From: a virus | Taxonomy: Duplodnaviria > Caudoviricetes | Length of the DNA stretch: 64,000 nt | Direction: 5' to 3' (one strand) | IMG/VR virus record: IMGVR_UViG_3300037400_001134 | Location: 1-64,000 of that record | Part shown: positions 56,461-64,000 of the stretch, piece after piece | Layout: every line of letters begins with the position of its first letter | Position numbering within the stretch: the first letter of the stretch is position 1 | Position numbers and translations under genes: made by a program | Notes under the pieces: generated by a model | Seen by the model: only the letters and a program-made list of their open reading frames with translations | What the model was told of the DNA's origin: nothing | Database searches by the model: none

Positions 56461-57169
56461 GATACGCTGATAAGAAATATAAAGAAAAATCTTATACAGT
56501 ATTATGCATAAGTGCCCAAATAATAAAATCTATGTTGGTTTAACTTGTCAATCTGTTGATGGTAGATGGAATAGAGGTTCTGGTTATAAAACTCAAAAGC
56601 TATTTTACAGAGCCATTCAAAAATATGGGTGGGATAATATTGAACACATTATTGTGCAGGATAAATTAACATTAGATGAAGCTTGTAAAATGGAGCGCAG
56701 TTTAATAACTCAGTATCAATCAAATAATTCTAAATATGGATATAATCTTACTGATGGTGGTGAGGGAATATCGGGCTATCATCTTAATGCTGAACAATTA
56801 GAACATCATAGGCAAGTTTCTTTAGGTAGAAAACATACACAAGCCACTAAAGATAAGATTTCAAAATTAAATAAAGGCAGAAAATTAAATCTTACTGATG
56901 AACAAAGAAAAGCTTGTGCCGAAAGAGCTAGGAAATTGCCACATTATAAAAAGACTGATGAGCAAAGACAACAGATGTCAGAGGCATATGAAAAGCGTAG
57001 AGATAGACCTGGTCATACTAAACCACATTCAGAAGAGGCTAAACGAAAAATAAGCGAAGCAATGAAGAAAAGACATCCTATTTCAGAAGAAACGAGACGA
57101 AGATTGAGTGAGGCTGCAAAGCGACAGTGGGAACGACAAAAACAAAATAAAAATAAAGGAGATATATAA
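56457..57169 (+). mobile_element. Free-standing GIY-YIG homing endonuclease with NUMOD3-like repeats, probable 5' frameshift
   Basis: MHKCPNNKIYVGLT, GYNLTDGGEG, KHTQATKDKISK, HSEEAKRKISEA; the YTV-Y motif is broken by a 1-nt gap near 56502. Confidence 0.8.
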
Positions 57170-57170
57170 T

Positions 57171-57860
57171 ATGCGATTTGCGTATGAAGATGCAGACAAA
57201 TTTGGGGGCGGTAGTGGAAACAGAATCAATTACCTCTCATTAAAAAATGATGGAGACAAAGCATTTGTGCATATTTTAGGAAATGATATGAATGATTTTC
57301 CTGGATATGCAGTACATAGAGTACCTATCGGAGATGGTCATAGATATGTGAACTGTTTGAGAGAAGCTGGTGCACCAATCACAGACTGTCCATTCTGTGC
57401 TGAAGGTAAGCATAATCCTGAAGTTAGCAGAGTTTATGCTAAACTCTTCTTACCTGTATATGATTGTGATACAGATGAAGTAAAGATTTGGGAAAGAGGA
57501 AAGACATTCTTTAGAGACCTCGCAAGTTATTGTTCTCATAACCCTAATGTATCAGAAGTAGTTACAGAGATTGAACGTAGAGGTAAAGCAGGTGACACAT
57601 CTACAACATATGGCCTCTATGCTACAAAAGAAGAGGATAACTTCAATATCGAGAATGTTAAGGAAGATATTCCAAATATTCTTGGTGATGTTGTTCTTGA
57701 TAAGTCAGTAGAAGATATGGAATATTACCTTAGAAGAGGTGATTTCCCTAAAGATGACTCTAACAATGATGGAGGTGTAACAAGAAGAGGCTCATCTGAT
57801 AGAGATGATAGACGTACTCCTTCAAGAAGAGAAAGAAGAAGTGCGGAAGACGATTATTAA
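57171..57860 (+). CDS. ssb: Single-stranded DNA-binding protein (gp32-like)
   Basis: YLSLKNDGD, CLRE....CPFC, KIWERGKTF, RRGKAGDTSTTY; acidic tail ending EDDY. Confidence 0.8.
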   Translation: MRFAYEDADKFGGGSGNRINYLSLKNDGDKAFVHILGNDMNDFPGYAVHRVPIGDGHRYVNCLREAGAPITDCPFCAEGKHNPEVSRVYAKLFLPVYDCDTDEVKIWERGKTFFRDLASYCSHNPNVSEVVTEIERRGKAGDTSTTYGLYATKEEDNFNIENVKEDIPNILGDVVLDKSVEDMEYYLRRGDFPKDDSNNDGGVTRRGSSDRDDRRTPSRRERRSAEDDY

Positions 57861-58085
57861 GTTTCCCCCCTTAATATTACCTTATAGTATTATTTTTCTA
57901 TGATATAATTAACGCTATGGAAAAACTTATCTGTATCAATTTCCTATTACATATCAGATAGGAATGTAACTGTAAATTATTCTGTTACAAAGACAACTCC
58001 CGATACAGATTTTGTATCAAAGTTTATAGTCGGTATACTGAGTGCCAGACAAAGGTTTATAAGATACAAGTAAAAGGAGAATATA

Positions 58086-60383
58086 ATGCCGTTATTTGAT
58101 ATATCTGAGACAAGCTCTAAAGCTAAAGATGTGGAGCTATTAAAGAAATCAAAGACAAGGGCGAAAGCAATTACCACTACTAAATCTAGTAGTGGTAATC
58201 TTGTCAATAAGATAAAATCCATTGTCGCAATGGTAGAAACACATCTCGGTAAATATAGAGATGAGACATTACTGATACAAGATGAGGAGACATTACATAG
58301 CTATATAGATAAATGTATAGAAAATGGCATATATGCAATAGATACTGAAACAACAGGATTAGACCCACTACTTGATATGTTAGTAGGTGTTGGTATATAT
58401 ACCCCTGGTGAGAAAACTACATATATACCTATAAATCATTTATCTTATATCACAGGTCAGAAAGTAAAGAATCAGTTGCCTGCAGAAATAGTTGGTAAAG
58501 AGCTTGCAAGACTTGATGGTATAGACAGTGATATGTTTAATGCTACATTCGATATCAGAGTGTTAAAGCATGGTACTGGCACAAGATTAAAATGTACATG
58601 GGATTCATATTTAGCTTCAAGATGTTTAAATGAGAATGAGCCTAATAAAGGTCTTAAAAAACTTCATCTGAAATATGTATTAAGGGGTGAAGAGGATGCT
58701 TTTAAGTTTGATGAGTTGTTTAAAGGCATAAACTTTGCATATATACCTATAAACACAGCCGCATTATATGCCGCTCATGACCCTAAGATTACATATGAAT
58801 ATGCAGATTATCAGCGAGAGGTATTCAGAACAAGGGAGAATTTGAAAGATGTGTATTGGGTATTCAAGAATATAGAAATGCCTTGTGTTGATGCAGTAGT
58901 AGATTTGGAAGATACCGGTGTAGCTTTTGATATCGAGTATAATGAGGAACTTAAAAGAAAATATCATGCGATACTTGATGAGAAAGAAGCAAACTTCCAT
59001 AAGCTCTGTGAGATGTACAAAGATGAAATTGATAATTATAGTGGTACAGTAAAACTAGATACCCCTATAAATATTCAATCAGTACCTCAGTTACAAGCTC
59101 TACTATATGATATAGCAAAGATAGAACCAGTTATAGATAAAAAGACAAAGAAACCAACAAGAAGCACATCAGAAGAGACTCTACAGAAACTAAAGAATCC
59201 TTTAGCAGATGCAATACTGGAATATCGTTCATTCTCAACATTAGTAAGTACATTTATAGATAAACTTCCAGAGTGTATAAACCCTAATGATGGTCGAATA
59301 CATTGTAAGTTTAATCAGTATGGTGCAGATACAGGACGATTTAGTTCACAAGACCCAAACTTGCAGAACATTCCATCACACAATAAAGATATCAGAAAAA
59401 TGTTCAAAGCTACAGATGGCTACATAATGATGAGTGCTGACTACTCACAGCAGGAAATCAAAGGTATGGCACAGATGTGCGGAGATGAGGGTATGATAGA
59501 AGCATTTAGACAAGGTAAAGACTTCTATGCTGAGATTGCATCAGTAGCATTTGGATATCCTTATGAAGAGTGTCGAGAGTTCAGACCTGATGGTACAACT
59601 AATCCTGATGGTAAAGCAAGACGAGCCCAAGCAAAGAGTATTCTGTTAGGTATAAACTATGGTAGAGGTGCTGCCAGTATTGCTGAACAGATAGGTTGTA
59701 CTAAAGCAGAAGCGGAGAAGATAAAAGATGATGTATTTACAGGATTCCCTGCTATAGCAGAGTTTGAACGTCAGAGTATAGAGATGGCTGAAACTGTAGG
59801 ATATGTCACAACTCTTTGGGGTAGAAAAAGAAGATTGCCGTCAATGATGTTACCTGACTATGAGTTTCAATGGGAAGAAAGTAAATTACCTTTTAATGAT
59901 GACCCTCTTGATTTTGATGATGAGGAAGAAGCTCCAGAGATTCCTGATAGTGTTATCAATAAGTATCTCAGAAAGCTATCTAAATGTTGGGGTAGTCAAA
60001 AACGAAAGGTGTTTGAAGAAGCTAGAGCCGATGGCATAATGATTATAGACCATACGAAAGATAAAGACTACACAAAGATAGTTAATGCTAGAGTGCAAGG
60101 TACCGCAGCGGATATGTCAAAGTTGGCTATGATAGCTCTCAATAAAAATGAGAGATTGAAAGAGCTAGGATTTAGAATGTTGATACCTATACATGATGAG
60201 ATACTAGCAGAATGTCCTGAAGAAAATGCGGCAGAAGTCATACCACTATTTGCAAAAATAATGTCAGAAGCCCCAGGTGAAAGATTTGTAGTGCCTATTT
60301 CCTGCGACGTTGAAGTGACACACCGTTGGTATGGTAAGAAGTATCATCTTGTAGATGGAAAGTTAGTTGAGGAGACAGAATGA
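58086..60383 (+). CDS. polA: Family A DNA polymerase with 3'-5' exonuclease
   Basis: AIDTETTG, FNATFD, YAAHD, TGRFSSQDPNLQN, DYSQQE, AKSILLGINYG, IHDE. Confidence 0.97.
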   Translation: MPLFDISETSSKAKDVELLKKSKTRAKAITTTKSSSGNLVNKIKSIVAMVETHLGKYRDETLLIQDEETLHSYIDKCIENGIYAIDTETTGLDPLLDMLVGVGIYTPGEKTTYIPINHLSYITGQKVKNQLPAEIVGKELARLDGIDSDMFNATFDIRVLKHGTGTRLKCTWDSYLASRCLNENEPNKGLKKLHLKYVLRGEEDAFKFDELFKGINFAYIPINTAALYAAHDPKITYEYADYQREVFRTRENLKDVYWVFKNIEMPCVDAVVDLEDTGVAFDIEYNEELKRKYHAILDEKEANFHKLCEMYKDEIDNYSGTVKLDTPINIQSVPQLQALLYDIAKIEPVIDKKTKKPTRSTSEETLQKLKNPLADAILEYRSFSTLVSTFIDKLPECINPNDGRIHCKFNQYGADTGRFSSQDPNLQNIPSHNKDIRKMFKATDGYIMMSADYSQQEIKGMAQMCGDEGMIEAFRQGKDFYAEIASVAFGYPYEECREFRPDGTTNPDGKARRAQAKSILLGINYGRGAASIAEQIGCTKAEAEKIKDDVFTGFPAIAEFERQSIEMAETVGYVTTLWGRKRRLPSMMLPDYEFQWEESKLPFNDDPLDFDDEEEAPEIPDSVINKYLRKLSKCWGSQKRKVFEEARADGIMIIDHTKDKDYTKIVNARVQGTAADMSKLAMIALNKNERLKELGFRMLIPIHDEILAECPEENAAEVIPLFAKIMSEAPGERFVVPISCDVEVTHRWYGKKYHLVDGKLVEETE

Positions 60384-61237
60384 ATTTTGCAGTATTTATA
60401 TTATCACATAAAAGAGTCGAAAGAGTTGAGACATTAGATACTTTACAGAAAGCAGGATATACAGGTAAAATATATATTGTAGTTGATGATGAAGACCCTC
60501 AGCTTGATATGTATAAGTCAAGATTCAATGATAGGGAAGATGTTGAGTTATTAGTATTTGGCAAACAACCTATGATTGATATTGCTGACACTGTATATCC
60601 TGAAAAGAAAAGAAGTTCAGCATTATATGCCCGTAACTTTATAGAGAGCATGGCAAATATATTTAGATTAGATATATTTGCCATGATGGATGATGATATA
60701 ACATCATTAAGATTTAGATGGGTAGAAAATAATTCTGTAAAGTCACAAGTTGTAAATTCTACAATGGATGAAGTGTTTGAATATTATGGGCAGTATATGT
60801 TAGATGCAGATATTGCCACAACATCTTTTCCATTCAGTATGTTCTATATTTCAGGTACAAGTGGATTAGATAAAAAGATTACAGAAAGCAGACATACATA
60901 CCAGATACACATAAGAAATACAAATTTTCCTGTTGATTGGGTGTCTGTAATAAATCAAGATACAATTACACAGTTACAGACAATGCAAGTAGGATATATA
61001 TGGTGGTCAATTCCTTATTTAGTGTTTGACGCAGAACCAATGAATAGTAAACCAGGTGGATTAAAGTCTGTATATGATAGTATAAAAGATTTTGATATGG
61101 CATTTCTCGCAGTAATTTCTAATCCTAGTTGTTGTAAAGTAGCTTATTCTAGTGGTCCTAGAAGTACAATGCAGATAAAAGAAGATAAGCACACAAGTTA
61201 TCCTATGATTGTTAGTGAAAGGTATATGAAACTATGA
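60380..61237 (+). CDS. GT-A glycosyltransferase (TET-associated/GREB1-like family)
   Basis: FILSHKR, IVVDDED, YARNF, MMDDDI, NQDTIT, KPGGL. Confidence 0.8.
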   Translation: MNFAVFILSHKRVERVETLDTLQKAGYTGKIYIVVDDEDPQLDMYKSRFNDREDVELLVFGKQPMIDIADTVYPEKKRSSALYARNFIESMANIFRLDIFAMMDDDITSLRFRWVENNSVKSQVVNSTMDEVFEYYGQYMLDADIATTSFPFSMFYISGTSGLDKKITESRHTYQIHIRNTNFPVDWVSVINQDTITQLQTMQVGYIWWSIPYLVFDAEPMNSKPGGLKSVYDSIKDFDMAFLAVISNPSCCKVAYSSGPRSTMQIKEDKHTSYPMIVSERYMKL

Positions 61238-62073
61238 TTGTGTATATAAAAACACATGGCAGACCAGGTAATCAGTTGACTTACAATACTCTACGAGAAG
61301 CTGGCTACACAGGAGATATAGTCTTAGTCATAGATAATGAAGATGAGTGTGGTGCAGGATATTTAGAGTTCGTGAAACATGATGACAGACTATGGTTGCA
61401 CATCTTTGATAAACAAAAATTGGTAGATGAAATAGATAGTGGCACAAATATTCCTAAAAGAGATGTGAATTTATATGCTTGGGTTGCTTGTGAGAGATTT
61501 GCAAAACAAGATGGTAATGATTTCTTCATAATGGCAGATGACGATATAACAAGATTTAGGTACAGATATCTTGAAGATAATCATTTAAAGTCAACACCTA
61601 TAACACAGAATCTTGACAGAGTATTTGAGCATATTCAGAATTATATGGAATGCTCCAATATAGCCGCTGCCAGCACAGGAATACCTCAAATGTACTTCTC
61701 TAAAGAGTTAGACGAAAATCTGTGGAAATACAGAGTGGTGTATCAATTCGTATTCAGAAATCCTAAATTTGATATGAATTGGGTGTCTGAATATGAAGAG
61801 GATATAATAACATCCATCAATATGTCAAAAGAGGGTAAGTATGTCACTTGTCTACCAATGATTCAGCATGATGCAATAGCTTTAGGTAAAGCATCTGGTG
61901 GTATGAAGGATATGTATGATGAGAATAATACTAGATTTAGATTAGCTGAATATGGTCACATATTTAATCCTTCATGCGAGATAATGAATTTCTATAAAGG
62001 TAAGTGGATAACGAATATCAAGAGAAATAATGCTTTTCAGAAATTAGTGAGTTCCAGTCGTAAAAAGAAATAA
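61234..62073 (+). CDS. GT-A glycosyltransferase (same family)
   Basis: IKTHGRP, VIDNED, MADDDI, EEDII, SGGMKDMY. Confidence 0.8.
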   Translation: MIVYIKTHGRPGNQLTYNTLREAGYTGDIVLVIDNEDECGAGYLEFVKHDDRLWLHIFDKQKLVDEIDSGTNIPKRDVNLYAWVACERFAKQDGNDFFIMADDDITRFRYRYLEDNHLKSTPITQNLDRVFEHIQNYMECSNIAAASTGIPQMYFSKELDENLWKYRVVYQFVFRNPKFDMNWVSEYEEDIITSINMSKEGKYVTCLPMIQHDAIALGKASGGMKDMYDENNTRFRLAEYGHIFNPSCEIMNFYKGKWITNIKRNNAFQKLVSSSRKKK

Positions 62074-62126
62074 GATGTTATATAATATTTAAGTACGAGA
62101 GATTTAAAAAACGAGAGGAGAAACAC

Positions 62127-62621
62127 ATGAAACAATTATTTGCTGATGACAGCGCAAAGAAAAATCCTATGGGGGATGACACAAAGTATTCTAGGGCAAT
62201 ACGAGTTCCACAGTATGAACCTAAGAGTGAGAAACCCAGTCTTGAATCAGTTTATGACCTTACGAAGTATAGTAAGCTCATGGCTAGAATCAACAAATCT
62301 AATGTATCAGAAGAAGAAAAGAAATTCTTAAAATTCGCCGCTACAAGACATATTGTATTCACTTATAGCAAGATAGCAGATTATTATGCCCATGCAAGTA
62401 AGGAGATGCAGGAGCTGATGGAAGAGTCAGCATTAGTAATTATTGATATTGATGATGCAATAGCTAATGGTTATGTAGCTCTTTCAGAGAAGATGCAACA
62501 ACTTATTGATGAGGAAAAAGCTAGAGATGCAAAGGCAAAAGAGGCAAGTAATATTCTGAAAGCTCAAAGAGAATTAGCAGAGAAGAAGGCTAAGGAGAAG
62601 AAGGATGAGCAGAAGTCTTGA
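62127..62621 (+). CDS. Helical partner protein of the glycosyltransferase cluster
   Basis: PQYEP, FAATRHIVFTYSKIADYYAHASKEMQELMEESALVIID; N-terminal KQLF. Confidence 0.7.
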   Translation: MKQLFADDSAKKNPMGDDTKYSRAIRVPQYEPKSEKPSLESVYDLTKYSKLMARINKSNVSEEEKKFLKFAATRHIVFTYSKIADYYAHASKEMQELMEESALVIIDIDDAIANGYVALSEKMQQLIDEEKARDAKAKEASNILKAQRELAEKKAKEKKDEQKS

Positions 62622-63477
62622 TGATTTTGCAGTATTAGTTTTAACTCATGGCAGAGCAGAGAATGTTCCTACATATGGCACATTAAGAAAATATGGATAT
62701 ACTGGCAGAATAATAATGGTAGTAGATGATGAAGACCCAGATTTAGAAAATTATATGTCAGTATATGGTAAAGATAATGTGGCAGTATTCTCTAAAGATG
62801 AAGTTGTAAAGAAATTTGATACAATGGATATTCCTAAGCACCGTAAATGTATCGTGTATGCTAGAAATGCGAGCTATGATATTGCAGAACGACTTGGTCT
62901 AAAGTATTTTGCACAGTATGATGATGACTATGTGACAAATCCTTATAGATGGCAAGAGGGAGAAACTTTATACAGAAGTACACTAGCAAATCTTGATGAA
63001 GTATTTAAGGCACACATAGATTTTCTTGAAACTAACCCTAACATATATACTGTAGCGTTTGGTCAAGCAGGAGATTTTATAGGCGGGGTAGGTAGTAATC
63101 TTGTGAAACATAAGTGGTTGAGAAAGGCCATGAATAGCTTTATATGCAAGACTGATAGGAGAATACAGTTTAATGGCACTATAAATGAAGATGTGAATGC
63201 CTATGTATTAAATGGTTCAAGAGGACAGATATACTTAACATTTGATTTTATGATGATTGACCAAGCTGAAACACAGACTCAAAAAGGTGGTATGGCAGAC
63301 TTATATTTAGGTGTAGGTACATATCAAAAATCATTTTATACAGTCTTATGTAGTCCATCATGCGTTAAAGTAGGTATGATGGGAGATAGACATTATCGTA
63401 TGCATCACAACATTGATTGGGATAATGCAGTTCCAAAAATAATATCAGATAGATATAAATTAAAGGAGGAAAAGTGA
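62605..63477 (+). CDS. GT-A glycosyltransferase (same family)
   Basis: LTHGRA, VVDDED, YARNA, QYDDDY, RKAMNSF, INEDVN, QKGGMADLY. Confidence 0.85.
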   Translation: MSRSLDDFAVLVLTHGRAENVPTYGTLRKYGYTGRIIMVVDDEDPDLENYMSVYGKDNVAVFSKDEVVKKFDTMDIPKHRKCIVYARNASYDIAERLGLKYFAQYDDDYVTNPYRWQEGETLYRSTLANLDEVFKAHIDFLETNPNIYTVAFGQAGDFIGGVGSNLVKHKWLRKAMNSFICKTDRRIQFNGTINEDVNAYVLNGSRGQIYLTFDFMMIDQAETQTQKGGMADLYLGVGTYQKSFYTVLCSPSCVKVGMMGDRHYRMHHNIDWDNAVPKIISDRYKLKEEK

Positions 63478-64000
63478 TGAAATTCACAACAAACACAGCC
63501 CAGTTTCAGAACATGGTAGCAAAAGCAGTAAAGGGAGCAGGTATGAGTAATGATTTATTTATCACTCAGCTTATGTCAATTTCATTAAGTGATAACAGAT
63601 TGACATTGACAACTACAGATAACAATAACTATCTGTATGTAAGACAGGAGAAAGTGGCAGGAGATGACTTCAATGTAGTAGTTCCTGTAGATAAGTTCTC
63701 TAAACTCATTTCTAAACTTACTTGCCCAGAGGTGACATTAGAAGTGCAGTCAAAAGATGGTGAGTTAGATAAGCTCGTAATCAAAGGTAATGGTAGATAT
63801 GTGATTGAATTACCTTATGATGAGAGCGGTGAGCTTATTGATTATCCTGACCCATTATCAGATACAGATGGAGATTTCTGGAGTAGTGGAGAAGTTCAGT
63901 TGACTACTATCAGACACATACTCAATACAGCAAAGGCAGCACTTCTTGTAGGAAGAGATGATATGTGCTATTCAGATTATTACTGTGGAGAAAGAGTAGT
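63477..64000 (+). CDS. dnaN: DNA polymerase III beta sliding clamp (5' part, truncated by the window end)
   Basis: ATG overlaps the upstream TGA; MKFTTNT...LTLTTTDNNNYL...VVPVDKFSKLISKL..EVTLE. Confidence 0.8.
   Translation, partial: MKFTTNTAQFQNMVAKAVKGAGMSNDLFITQLMSISLSDNRLTLTTTDNNNYLYVRQEKVAGDDFNVVVPVDKFSKLISKLTCPEVTLEVQSKDGELDKLVIKGNGRYVIELPYDESGELIDYPDPLSDTDGDFWSSGEVQLTTIRHILNTAKAALLVGRDDMCYSDYYCGERV

Larger units (their letters stand above)
1..64000 (+). other. Tailed dsDNA phage genome segment (siphovirus-like, probable Bacillota host)
   Basis: Terminase-portal-scaffold-capsid-tail-tape measure-holin-endolysin order, phage replication module, co-oriented genes, no host housekeeping context. 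Confidence 0.97.

Noticed and set aside
56443-57180. Group I intron in the SSB gene (U/G junctions can be drawn)
   Set aside because: The apparent junctions arise from the duplicated start, no room or signature for a catalytic core was recognised, and the downstream copy has its own RBS and ATG
57878-57890. TACCTTATA as an eleventh early promoter
   Set aside because: Lacks the ATTCC/TTGA element 30 nt upstream and the AACAAC leader
731-61529. The many minus-strand ORFs in the track
   Set aside because: They shadow well-supported + strand genes, lack RBS and recognisable motifs, and mirror the sense-strand codon bias
1-64000. tRNA genes, integrase or CI-type lysogeny module
   Set aside because: None recognised by eye; lifestyle cannot be called because the genome extends beyond the window

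Overview
A 64-kb segment of a tailed dsDNA phage genome with siphovirus-type tail genes. The host is probably a low-GC Bacillota (Clostridia-like); this is inferred from the strong AAAGGAG Shine-Dalgarno sites, the CHAP/Cpl-7 endolysin and the Listeria phage A118-like head-tail genes. Essentially all real genes lie on the + strand. Order: bacterial-type clamp loader (DnaX with a 312-aa intein, delta-prime, delta); about 30 small ORFs behind ten near-identical promoter/leader cassettes (5.9-15.4 kb); CCAT-rich non-coding blocks; a ~1.1-kb island with almost no CC/GG; terminase, head and tail genes; lysis genes; an accessory Cys/Gly-rich module; SNF2 helicase; replication initiator with an internal iteron origin; DnaC, DnaB, primase, SSB and PolA; four GT-A glycosyltransferases; and the start of a beta sliding clamp. 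No integrase, tRNA, CRISPR array or reverse transcriptase was recognised. Strongest novel candidates: (1) a ~110-nt promoter-to-terminator small RNA at 50.7 kb whose unpaired core is antisense to the shared 5' leader/RBS region of the ten early transcripts and of the CC-free gene; (2) a CC-free, GG-minimal island encoding a proline-free protein, bounded by shared motifs and preceded by CCAT-dense DNA, possibly a first-entering or terminal-repeat region purged of a defence or modification target; (3) a multi-glycosyltransferase DNA-modification cluster embedded among the replication genes. All counts and alignments were made by eye, and all family assignments are motif-based.
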